Positions 27,780-35,706 of a stretch of 56,768 nucleotides of DNA are shown here, one piece after another. The translations under genes were made by a program, and so were the position numbers. Numbering within the stretch: position 1 is the first letter of the stretch; each line of letters opens with the position of its first letter. The DNA lies in contig CAMCSO010000001.1 of assembly GCA_945877545.1 (NCBI GenBank), positions 1-56,768 on the forward strand, written 5' to 3'. The DNA is from Bifidobacterium breve. Lineage in GTDB: Bacteria > Actinomycetota > Actinomycetes > S36-B12. A model generated the notes under the pieces. The model ran no database searches and was not told the origin of the DNA. It saw only the letters and a program-made list of their open reading frames with translations.

Positions 27780-28019
27780 GTGACATCACGCTTCCTCACC
27801 TTGGCCGACGTTGCGGAGACTCTCCAGATCTCCGCCGCACAGGCGTACGCCCTTGTTCGCAGCGGCGACCTGCCGGCCATCAAGGTTGGCGGCCGGGGCC
27901 AGTGGCGAGTCGAGGGCGCGGAGCTAGAGAACTACATCAGCCGGATGTACGTCCAGACTCGGGAGTTCGTCGCATCCCATCCCTTTGGCTCCGAGACGGC
28001 TGTCGAATCACTCGACTGA
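27780..28019 (+). CDS. Excisionase-family (MerR-like) helix-turn-helix DNA-binding protein
   Basis: GTG 27780 gives 79 aa. LTLADVAETLQISAAQAYALVRSGDLPAIKVGGRGQWRV is the classic HTH_17 pattern. Confidence 0.75.
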   Translation: MTSRFLTLADVAETLQISAAQAYALVRSGDLPAIKVGGRGQWRVEGAELENYISRMYVQTREFVASHPFGSETAVESLD

Positions 28020-28575
28020 TCGACGAGATCGCGCAGGTCGTCACGGCACCGTCAGCTAGGAGAAGGTCGACGTGATCAGCACCAACGAGGGCCAACCGTC
28101 CCGTGATCGTGGTCCCGTCAATGAGGATGACGTGGGACTCGGACGCCGATTCGGCTCGCAGGTACGAGCCCCAAGTGAGGGCTCCCACCGCTGGTCGCCT
28201 GACCCCTTGACCACGCTGAGTCTCGTTCGAAACGGTCTCGTTCGAAAGGGATGAAGGCAAGCCCCGGATGGTAATGACGCTCGCGATCGCAATGCACTGC
28301 TCAGCGCCATCCACGCCGGCAAGGACCACGACGCGGTCGCCAACATCTCGAACCATCCCCTCCACTCGGCAGCCACTTCGCAGGGTCATCGTGACGGGCC
28401 TCTGGGCCGCCGACAATCGGTCCACGATCCCGAGGCTCACGCGTTCCGCCGTGAGGATCTCCGCCGCTTCCGCGAGCACCTCGGCATCGGTATCAGATTG
28501 GAGCCCCGCCGCCACCTCCGCGAGGAGGTCCTCCGGGCCGTTCTCGATGTTCGGTACCTCGTCGTAGCTGGGCAT
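27937..28575 (-). CDS. Hypothetical protein with two tandem small-barrel-like repeats
   Basis: 212 aa. ATG 28575 has GAAAGG 9 nt upstream. Acidic N-terminus, then two similar segments (VTMTLRSGCRVEGMVRDVGDRVVVL... and HVILIDGTTITGRLALVGADHVDLL...). I recognise no family. Confidence 0.55.
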   Translation of the reverse strand: MPSYDEVPNIENGPEDLLAEVAAGLQSDTDAEVLAEAAEILTAERVSLGIVDRLSAAQRPVTMTLRSGCRVEGMVRDVGDRVVVLAGVDGAEQCIAIASVITIRGLPSSLSNETVSNETQRGQGVRRPAVGALTWGSYLRAESASESHVILIDGTTITGRLALVGADHVDLLLADGAVTTCAISSISRVIRQPSRSQRDGMRRTPESGRTSG

Positions 28576-28693
28576 GGGATTTGCCTTTCGGGAGGGTGGT
28601 CCAGATCACATTGACTGAAGGTATGGCCCGGCAACGGCCCGACCATACCGTCGCTGTGAACATTGATCAGGCCATGTCGGCTCGGGGACTCAG

Positions 28694-28702
28694 TTGTCCA
28701 CA
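28694..28702 (+). promoter_or_regulatory. Perfect actinobacterial-type DnaA-box 9-mer TTGTCCACA (motif match only)
   Basis: Read directly in the 266-bp divergent spacer, 7 nt upstream of a TTGACA hexamer. Confidence 0.3.
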
Positions 28703-28709
28703 CCCATCC

Positions 28710-28740
28710 TTGACAAAGCAGTCATCGATGGACGTACGAT
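28710..28740 (+). promoter_or_regulatory. Candidate sigma-A-type promoter for the Rv3235-like gene (TTGACA-N19-TACGAT)
   Basis: TTGACA at 28710-28715 and TACGAT at 28735-28740. The 19-nt spacer is longer than optimal, so this is weak. Confidence 0.25.
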
Positions 28741-28841
28741 GCATTCGCACGCAAACACAAGCAAACGCATTGATTCAACTGCCCGCTCATTCCACCGTCG
28801 CCGCGCCCCCCCGACCGCGGTCGTCCTCCAAGGAGAACGCC

Positions 28842-29381
28842 GTGTCCATTTCCACGCTCGCACCAGCCCGCTACACCTCCCGTCACCTCGATGATGCGGC
28901 ATCGGCCCGCCAGTTGCCCCTCCCGCTCTCCTGGGAGGTCTCACCCGGCGTGCCCGCCGTCCCACCGGTGCCACGCTATCTTCACCTCGTCGGACCACCA
29001 GAATCGCGCACCGCTGAGGCGACAGGAGCCCACCTGCCTGCCGTCGAATGGGTTGCCCGCATGGCTCGGGCCGTGGCCGAGGTGGGGTCGGGTGAACGGC
29101 CTTCCGGCCAGCTCACTCGCTGGGTTGAGCGCGATCAATTGCGTCTGCTCGCCGCCCGCGGCGCAGCGGTGACACGCCATCCGAGCTCGAGGGGGCGCGT
29201 TGCCGCAGGGAACACGCCTCGAGCTCTGCAGCAGGTCCGCTCGATTCGCCTCTGCCCGATCTCGACCGGCATCGTGGAAACCTCGGCAGTCCTCGTCGGG
29301 GCGCAGCGAGCCCGAGCCGTGGCGATGCGATTCGAGTTCACCTCCGAGCGCTGGCTGCTCACCGCCTTCAGCCTCGGCTAG
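28842..29381 (+). CDS. Rv3235-family protein (function unknown)
   Basis: GTG 28842 is preceded by AAGGAG 6 nt upstream. 179 aa. WVARMARAVAEVGSGERPSGQLTRWV...VRSIRLCPISTGIVETSAVL...AVAMRFE matches my memory of the Rv3235 family. Confidence 0.65.
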   Translation: MSISTLAPARYTSRHLDDAASARQLPLPLSWEVSPGVPAVPPVPRYLHLVGPPESRTAEATGAHLPAVEWVARMARAVAEVGSGERPSGQLTRWVERDQLRLLAARGAAVTRHPSSRGRVAAGNTPRALQQVRSIRLCPISTGIVETSAVLVGAQRARAVAMRFEFTSERWLLTAFSLG

Positions 29382-29386
29382 CACTT

Positions 29387-29419
29387 CGTGCGCCGCTGCG
29401 CGGGGGACAGCGGCGCACG
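29387..29419. terminator. Bidirectional terminator hairpin between the Rv3235-like gene and secA
   Basis: CGTGCGCCGCTG (29387-29398) pairs perfectly with CAGCGGCGCACG (29408-29419), with a 9-nt loop. Sits between convergent stop codons. No clear U-tract. Confidence 0.7.
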
Positions 29420-29432
29420 AGGAAACATGCGA

Positions 29433-32222
29433 TTAGTTGCCCCGCCGTCGATTCTCGCGCTCGACCCGGCGGCGCTCGGCACGACTCGCATTCGGGTCGA
29501 TCTCGACGATACCGCCCGCCTCGAGTTCCATCTCTCCACGGGTAACACCGCCAGCCTCATCAGGCGCCGAGTACTCCAGATGCGCAGGCCGCGACGGGGC
29601 CAGCCCCTTGGCGAGCAGCGCTGGCGCAACACTTTGGGGTGTGTCCGTAAGAGCAGCCGATGAGGGCTCCTCGGTCGCATCGTTAAGGCTCTCGACCGCC
29701 TCTTGGGCTTCCGGCGATGCCTGCGGAGCCACCTCAACGTCGACATTGAACAGGTACCCGACGGTCTCCTCCTTGATGGAGTCCATCATCGCCGTGAAGA
29801 GGTCAAATCCCTCACGCTGATATTCGATGAGCGGGTCGCGCTGGGCCATCGCACGCAGTCCGATGCCGTCGCGCAGGTAGTCCATTTCATAGAGGTGCTC
29901 GCGCCACTTGCGGTCCAGAACGGACAGGATGACTCGGCGTTCTAGTTCCCTCGTCACCTGTTCGCCGAGAGTCTCCTCCCGGACGTCGTAGGCCCGCTGC
30001 ACGTCCTCCTTGAGCTCGGCAACAAGATACTCACCGGTGAGCCCACTACGACCGCCACCCGAGAAATCCTCGAGTTCATTAACCGTGACGCCAACGGGAT
30101 ACAGCTGCTTAAGCGCGGTCCAGAGTCGGTCGAGGTCCCAGTCCTCCGGGTAGCCGTCCTTCGTTGCAGCAGTGACGTATCCCTCGACCGTTGAGTCGAT
30201 GAACTCGCGCACCTGCTCCTCGATGTCCTCGCCATCAAGCACACGCCGGCGCTCGTCGTAGATGACCAAGCGCTGCCGGTTCAGCACATCGTCGTACTTC
30301 AGAACGTCCTTGCGAATCTCGAAGTTCTGCGCCTCAACCTGCGACTGCGCTGACCGGATCGCATTCGACACCATCTTGGCCTCGATCGGGACATCGTCCG
30401 GAACATTGAATCGCCGCAGGAAGGCATCGACCATGTCTGCCTTGAACAATCGCATGAGGTCGTCCTCTAGGGACAGGTAGAACTGGGTCGCGCCGGGATC
30501 GCCCTGGCGACCGGATCGCCCACGCAACTGGTTGTCGATACGGCGTGATTCATGTCGCTCCGTCGCGAGGACGTACAGGCCCCCGAGCCCAACGACCTCA
30601 TCATGCTCCGCCTGAACCGCCAGCTTCGACTGATCAAGCGCCGGTAGCCACGCCGCCTCGTAGTCATCTGGCTCATCGATCGGAGACAGGCCCCGCTGGG
30701 CAAGTGCTGCCGCGGCCATGAACTCGGGGTTCCCACCGAGCATGATGTCGGTGCCTCGACCCGCCATGTTCGTGGCAACGGTCACAGCCCCGCGGCGTCC
30801 GGCCTGCGCAACGATCGCTGCCTCGCGATCGTTGTGCTTCGCATTGAGCACCTCGTGCGGCACGCCGTTCTGCTTCAGCAGTTTGCTCAGGTGCTCGGAC
30901 TTCTCCACACTCGTCGTACCGACGAGCATCGGCTGCCCGAGTTCGTGGCGCTCAACGATGTCGGCGAGCACTGCGTCGTACTTTGCGTTCTCAGTGCGAT
31001 AGACAAGATCGGCATGATCGATACGGATCATCGGTCGGTTGGTTGGAATCGGAACAACGCCGAGGTTGTAGATCTGCGAAAACTCCGATGCCTCGGTCAT
31101 GGCCGTGCCAGTCATGCCGCCGAGACGTGAGTAGAGGCGGAAAAAGTTCTGAAGGGTGACAGTCGCGAGGGTCTGGTTCTCCGCCTTGATCTCGACGCCC
31201 TCCTTCGCCTCGATCGACTGGTGCAGGCCCTCGTTGTAACGACGGCCAGAAAGAATTCGTCCGGTGTGCTCGTCCACAATGAGCACCTCGCCGTTCATCA
31301 CCACGTAGTCGCGATCCTTCTTGAACAGCTCCTTCGCCCGAATCGCGTTATTGAGGAATCCGACGAGCGGGGTGTTGACAGTGTCGTAGAGGTTGTCGAT
31401 CCCGAGTTGATCCTCGACCTTGTCAATCGTCGACTCCAGGACACCGATCGTCTTCTTCTTCTCATCGACCTCATAGTCGTCATCGCGCTTGAGCAGGTTC
31501 ACGATCCTGGCGAACTCCGCGTACCAACTGGTCGCCTGGTCGGCCGGGCCGCTGATGATGAGGGGCGTGCGTGCCTCGTCGATGAGAATCGAGTCGACCT
31601 CGTCCACCACCGCGAAGTTGTGGCCCCGCTGGACCAACTCTTCACGCGACCACGCCATATTGTCACGCAGGTAATCGAAACCGAACTCGTTATTCGTGCC
31701 GTAGGTGATGTCGGCGGCATACGCGATACGACGCTCCGGGGGTGTCATGTTTGAGAGGATCACTCCCACCTCGAGGCCGAGGAACCGATGGATGCGTCCC
31801 ATCCACTCCGAGTCGCGCTCAGCGAGGTAGTCGTTGACCGTGACGACATGGACCCCCTTGCCGGACAGGGCATTGAGATAGGACGGCAGGGTCGCAACAA
31901 GGGTCTTGCCCTCGCCGGTGCGCATCTCGGCGATATTCCCCATGTGCAGGGCCGCCCCACCCATGATCTGGACGTCGTAGTGTCGTTGGCCCAGCGTTCT
32001 TCGCGACGCCTCACGAACCGTCGCGAACGCCTCCGGCAGAAGATCGTCAAGGGTTTCACCACCCTGATAGCGGTCCTTGTACTCCTGCGTGAGCGCTCGC
32101 AGTTCTGCATCGGTCAGCGAAGCGAAGTCCTCTTCGATGGCATTGACCGCTTGGGCGATCGCATGCAGCCGGCGCAGGATCTTGCCTTCTCCGGCGCGGA
32201 GTATCTTGTCGAGGAGTCCCAC
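29433..32222 (-). CDS. secA: Preprotein translocase ATPase SecA
   Basis: Start set at GTG 32222 ([19 protein letters not shown], the conserved SecA N-terminus), with GAAAGG 9 nt upstream. 929 aa. MRTGEGKT and MAGRGTDI motifs. Confidence 0.95.
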   Translation of the reverse strand: MGLLDKILRAGEGKILRRLHAIAQAVNAIEEDFASLTDAELRALTQEYKDRYQGGETLDDLLPEAFATVREASRRTLGQRHYDVQIMGGAALHMGNIAEMRTGEGKTLVATLPSYLNALSGKGVHVVTVNDYLAERDSEWMGRIHRFLGLEVGVILSNMTPPERRIAYAADITYGTNNEFGFDYLRDNMAWSREELVQRGHNFAVVDEVDSILIDEARTPLIISGPADQATSWYAEFARIVNLLKRDDDYEVDEKKKTIGVLESTIDKVEDQLGIDNLYDTVNTPLVGFLNNAIRAKELFKKDRDYVVMNGEVLIVDEHTGRILSGRRYNEGLHQSIEAKEGVEIKAENQTLATVTLQNFFRLYSRLGGMTGTAMTEASEFSQIYNLGVVPIPTNRPMIRIDHADLVYRTENAKYDAVLADIVERHELGQPMLVGTTSVEKSEHLSKLLKQNGVPHEVLNAKHNDREAAIVAQAGRRGAVTVATNMAGRGTDIMLGGNPEFMAAAALAQRGLSPIDEPDDYEAAWLPALDQSKLAVQAEHDEVVGLGGLYVLATERHESRRIDNQLRGRSGRQGDPGATQFYLSLEDDLMRLFKADMVDAFLRRFNVPDDVPIEAKMVSNAIRSAQSQVEAQNFEIRKDVLKYDDVLNRQRLVIYDERRRVLDGEDIEEQVREFIDSTVEGYVTAATKDGYPEDWDLDRLWTALKQLYPVGVTVNELEDFSGGGRSGLTGEYLVAELKEDVQRAYDVREETLGEQVTRELERRVILSVLDRKWREHLYEMDYLRDGIGLRAMAQRDPLIEYQREGFDLFTAMMDSIKEETVGYLFNVDVEVAPQASPEAQEAVESLNDATEEPSSAALTDTPQSVAPALLAKGLAPSRPAHLEYSAPDEAGGVTRGEMELEAGGIVEIDPNASRAERRRVERENRRRGN

Positions 32223-32236
32223 AGCGGGCGACCTTT

Positions 32237-32275
32237 CGGTTTGGGGCATTCGGTTTGGGGCATTCGGTTTGAGGC
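32237..32275. repeat. 14-bp tandem repeat (x2.8) in the secA 5' leader
   Basis: cggtttggggcatt at 32237-32250 and 32251-32264, plus partial cggtttgaggc at 32265-32275. On the mRNA strand: CCUCAAACCG AAUGCCCCAAACCG AAUGCCCCAAACCG AAAGG. Confidence 0.85.
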
Positions 32276-32366
32276 TTTCGGCGGCCTGTTGGGACGACCG
32301 CGCGACACAGCACTCCATCGTAGAGGGGTCATGGAGCGTTGACAGACGGGCTGGGAGACTGCATGC

Positions 32367-33164
32367 ATGGCCACTCCCTCGCCCGATGCGTGGCGGGGCG
32401 AAACTCCGCCCGTGCTCAGCGACGGCATTGTCATTCTCCGGCCCCCCACACTGGCCGACGCTCCAAGTATCGCCGAGGCATGCCAGGACCCGGACATCGT
32501 TCGCTGGACCACGATCCCCACCCCGTATTCGCTCGACGACGCCCGTGATTGGATCTCCGCCCACGAGGCAGGCGAGCAGTGGTGGGCGGCACCGACTTGG
32601 GCCGTCACAGGCAGTGAGTCCAGATGGGGCGGCACCGTAGACCTTCGGCTCGACGGTGCTGGGGGCGCTGAGGTCGGTTACCTCGTGGCACCTTGGCTTC
32701 GCGGCAATCAGGTGGCGACGCGCGCGCTTCGTCTGGCCTGCGGTTGGGCATTCATGGCCCTTGGGCTCGAGGTGATCAGGTGGTGTGCCAAAGTCGGTAA
32801 TGATCCCTCACGCACCGTCGCCACGAAGGTCGGGTTTCGGGTCCACCGAGATGTTCTGCGGCTCGGTCTTGTCCAGCGCGGTGAGCGATTCGATGCCTGG
32901 GTCGGCGACCTGCTCCCGTCAGACCTCGTTGAAGTGACCGCTCGACGCTCACCGTTCACCGGACCGAGCCTCACCCATCGGGAGCGCGAGGTGCTCGACC
33001 GGCTCGCGGCAGGCCAGTCCAACCGAGCAATCTCCCAGTCCCTCGGTATCAGCGAGAACACGGTGAAGAACCATGTGCGCAAGATCCTCGAGAAGTTGCA
33101 GGCGACCTCTCGGGTCGATGCCGTGATCAAGGGGGTGAACGGGGGTCTCACCTCACTCAATTGA
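32367..33164 (+). CDS. GNAT N-acetyltransferase domain fused to C-terminal LuxR-type HTH
   Basis: 265 aa. N-terminal RimJ/RimL-like GNAT pattern ([15 protein letters not shown]...[19 protein letters not shown]). C-terminal [43 protein letters not shown]. Confidence 0.8.
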   Translation: MATPSPDAWRGETPPVLSDGIVILRPPTLADAPSIAEACQDPDIVRWTTIPTPYSLDDARDWISAHEAGEQWWAAPTWAVTGSESRWGGTVDLRLDGAGGAEVGYLVAPWLRGNQVATRALRLACGWAFMALGLEVIRWCAKVGNDPSRTVATKVGFRVHRDVLRLGLVQRGERFDAWVGDLLPSDLVEVTARRSPFTGPSLTHREREVLDRLAAGQSNRAISQSLGISENTVKNHVRKILEKLQATSRVDAVIKGVNGGLTSLN

Positions 33165-33957
33165 TCATGCCCGACGCCGCAGGTCGCTCGGTTCCGGCCA
33201 CCGCCGCAATCCCCTCGACCGCCAGCCCCGACGCCCACAGGGTCCGCACCGCCTCCCACACGGTCGCGCCTGTCGTGACAACGTCATCAACGACGATGAG
33301 TCCCCCACCTAGCACCAAGCGTGAAATCATGCGGGCATCGACGGCCATCGTGTCCTGAACGGCGGCCCTGCGTTCCGGTGCTGATCTCCCAACGTGTCGA
33401 CCGCCATCGGCGCGCCTGCGAAGGAGCGGGACGGCGTTCGCGCACCACCCTGCCGCTCGGAGTTCCCCGGTCGCCCGATCCGCGATGGCACCGAGGGTGT
33501 CGATCCCCCGGCGCCTGACCGCATCGCGATGCGGAGGAATGGGGACGACCGCGAACGGCCCCTCGCCCAGCGCCGCGATCGAGACCGCAAGCATCGAGCC
33601 AAGAACCTGCGTCAGGCCGAGCACGCCGTGCTCCTTGTGCGCAATGATCACCCGCTTGGCTGCCCCGTCGTAGGTTGACGCCACGACGACCGGCCCGGCG
33701 CCCGCCTGCTGATGAGGCGATGGCGTCCCCCACGGCCGGATCTCGTGCCTGTGCACCCGAATGAGCGACACCTTGCAGGCCGAGCACAGCACCGAGCCGA
33801 TCTCGCCGCACGCGACGCAGGCCCGCGACAGCGTGAGATCTGCGACATCAGCTGCAAGGTCTTCCATCCACCGGCGAAGTCCACCGGCGCCCACTGCCCC
33901 CCACCTCGCCATCACCTGAGCATGCCGGGATGACCTCAATCGCCGCCAGTGGCGCAC
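33157..33957 (-). CDS. comF: ComF-family phosphoribosyltransferase-like protein
   Basis: N-terminal Cys-rich finger CVACGEIGSVLCSAC and PRTase motif LIVVDDVVTTGAT. Start ambiguous (M1, M16 or M31 of the ORF). Confidence 0.78.
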   Translation of the reverse strand: MRHWRRLRSSRHAQVMARWGAVGAGGLRRWMEDLAADVADLTLSRACVACGEIGSVLCSACKVSLIRVHRHEIRPWGTPSPHQQAGAGPVVVASTYDGAAKRVIIAHKEHGVLGLTQVLGSMLAVSIAALGEGPFAVVPIPPHRDAVRRRGIDTLGAIADRATGELRAAGWCANAVPLLRRRADGGRHVGRSAPERRAAVQDTMAVDARMISRLVLGGGLIVVDDVVTTGATVWEAVRTLWASGLAVEGIAAVAGTERPAASGMIN

Positions 33958-33981
33958 CCTTGCCTGTGGACACGTCGGGAC

Positions 33982-35706
33982 TTAATTCGGATAGGTCGGA
34001 GAAGTCCCGTTCGCGCGGCCTCGCCACGACCCTGCGTTCAACTCATAGATCTGACCGTCTGCGCCCGCGACAAGCATCGGCAGTCCCGGCGCGGCGGCAA
34101 TCGACACCGGGGCCTCTGGGGAGCCAAGGGCCGCCACGACACCTCTCGCAAGATCGATATCGAAGACCTCCAGCGCTCCCGCCTCAACACTGCCGAGTAC
34201 CGCGACGGATTCTGCACCCGACCACGCGACATCGACCACCTCGGTCAGCTTCGACTCAACCCTGATCGGGTCATCGATGCTGATCTCGCCCCCGGGACCG
34301 GATCGCACGATTAGACCGATGAGGAGCGAGGTACGCGCTCCACTTTGAACAACGAGCGCAGCCCTCGTTCCATCACGCGACGGTGTCGCAGAACGAATGA
34401 CGGTCTTGCTGGCGAGCCCGGTCACCCTGATACTCGACCGCGTGCCATCAGGTCGCACGACACCGAGCCCCTCGTCCGCATCGATGACCCACAGCACCCC
34501 TGACCGATCGAAGACCGGGTTGGACAGGTTCGCCCCGGCGACCAGTTCAGTCAGCGGCCGCCCAGATCCGAGCGGCCCGCGCCATAGGCTGCCCTGGCCA
34601 TCAATACCCGCAATGAAGTCAGAGGCCCTCGACACCGCAATGTCAATGAAGGAAACCTGTCCATCACCGGCACCACCGGGCACTGGCCGCGTCGTTCCTG
34701 CGAACAATCGCGCCACCGAGGACGATCTGGCGACATAGCCGCTGGATCCTGGCGGCACACCGCCCGGGTCAACCCCGGGCCAGGAATCACGGGGCTGCGG
34801 GGAAGCGACTCCTGGAACACTCAGTGGTTGGCCGACGGAGGTGATACTCACCGCAGCCACGTCCGGCACCTGACGGAGTGTCCAGACGACTTGTTGCGAA
34901 AGGGCCTGGCGCCCGCTATCGCTGATGAGTTGCGCATTCGGGGTCAGATCAACAACCGCGACACCCGACTCGATCGGCACCGACTCGATCCCGAGTCCGA
35001 CACCGTCAGGAAACCCGGTGCGAACTGCCGGAAGCAGCCATTCGCTAGGCCCCTCAACGAGGTACTTCACAAGGGTCGTTGCTTGGCCTGGCCCGAGGAC
35101 GGGGACCATCCGAGGATCCGGGACGAGCGTGCTGAAGGTCGGATCGAAGAAGTAGACGGAGAGCGAGCGAAAGGAGCGATCGACGTCAGCAAGGGAGAGG
35201 ATGAGTCCAGTTGGCGCACGGCTGATTCGCCATTGGTCACGCTCTCTCACAAGGGTGAAGGTGCTCCTCAACTCTGTTCCCGGTGCTGAGACGTCATAGT
35301 GCCCGGAGGTCGAGATCCTGCCTGCCTCGCTCGCGGTCAGCGTCACCTCGCCACCGAATGCCGCCACGGCACCAGCGCCCTCGTACACGGCGACGCCATC
35401 AGACGGGTCCCAGCGACGATTCGCGCTATCGGTCAGGTATTGACGAGCGACCGCGTGATCACTGTCGAATGATGCGGATGCGTCGAGGAAGCCTTGGACG
35501 ATGGCCGACGGCACCATCCCAGGACTCGGGCCCCGGGCGATGACGCGAATGAACTGGTCCTCACGATTCGTCGAAATCTGATCACCCTGCCTGATCGGTC
35601 CCGAGGTTGGCACCTGGGCGACGATGGACGAGGACATCGTCGCGCAACCGACGAGAAAGAACATCGGCGCGCAGGCGGTCACACACCTCAGCCACGGGTG
35701 CCTCAT
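33982..35706 (-). CDS. lpqB: Lipoprotein LpqB (GerMN + beta-propeller)
   Basis: 574 aa. Lipobox FLVGC. Directly downstream of mtrB with an ATGA overlap, the canonical mtrA-mtrB-lpqB arrangement. Confidence 0.88.
   Translation of the reverse strand: MRHPWLRCVTACAPMFFLVGCATMSSSIVAQVPTSGPIRQGDQISTNREDQFIRVIARGPSPGMVPSAIVQGFLDASASFDSDHAVARQYLTDSANRRWDPSDGVAVYEGAGAVAAFGGEVTLTASEAGRISTSGHYDVSAPGTELRSTFTLVRERDQWRISRAPTGLILSLADVDRSFRSLSVYFFDPTFSTLVPDPRMVPVLGPGQATTLVKYLVEGPSEWLLPAVRTGFPDGVGLGIESVPIESGVAVVDLTPNAQLISDSGRQALSQQVVWTLRQVPDVAAVSITSVGQPLSVPGVASPQPRDSWPGVDPGGVPPGSSGYVARSSSVARLFAGTTRPVPGGAGDGQVSFIDIAVSRASDFIAGIDGQGSLWRGPLGSGRPLTELVAGANLSNPVFDRSGVLWVIDADEGLGVVRPDGTRSSIRVTGLASKTVIRSATPSRDGTRAALVVQSGARTSLLIGLIVRSGPGGEISIDDPIRVESKLTEVVDVAWSGAESVAVLGSVEAGALEVFDIDLARGVVAALGSPEAPVSIAAAPGLPMLVAGADGQIYELNAGSWRGRANGTSPTYPN

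Noticed and set aside
27780-28019. Excisionase-type HTH as evidence of a prophage or integrative element
   Set aside because: There is no integrase, recombinase, tRNA attachment site, phage structural gene or flanking direct repeat. The gene sits in a block that appears to be core actinobacterial.
28620-28649. Imperfect hairpin GGTATGG-N16-CCATACC in the divergent spacer upstream of the duplicated-barrel gene
   Set aside because: The stem is only 7 bp with a poorly paired interior and no similar element elsewhere in the window. There is insufficient support to call an operator or RNA structure.
28581-28841. Upstream extension of the Rv3235-like ORF, and extension of the SAF ORF (27621..27776)
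   Set aside because: Strong SD plus start codons lie further downstream (AAGGAG-N6-GTG at 28842; GGGGAGAG-ATG at 27620). The extensions cover lower-GC promoter-like DNA.
27621-28841. Chromosomal replication origin suggested by DnaA-box consensus words
   Set aside because: There are only two perfect boxes about 1 kb apart. There is no dnaA/dnaN/rpmH context, no cluster of many boxes and no AT-rich unwinding element. A regulatory role, or chance, is more likely than oriC.
32223-32564. N-terminal 114-codon extension of the secA ORF
   Set aside because: The conserved SecA N-terminus ([12 protein letters not shown]) begins at GTG 32222 with a well-spaced SD. The extension reads through the 14-bp tandem repeat, giving a PNAPNR repeat peptide with no SecA similarity.
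33157-33164. 8-bp convergent overlap of comF and GNAT-LuxR stops, and 24-bp overlap of fbiB with the 52890 gene
   Set aside because: Short tail-to-tail overlaps are common in compact GC-rich genomes and need no special explanation. Only the 83-bp overlap at 27937-28019 seemed long enough to report.
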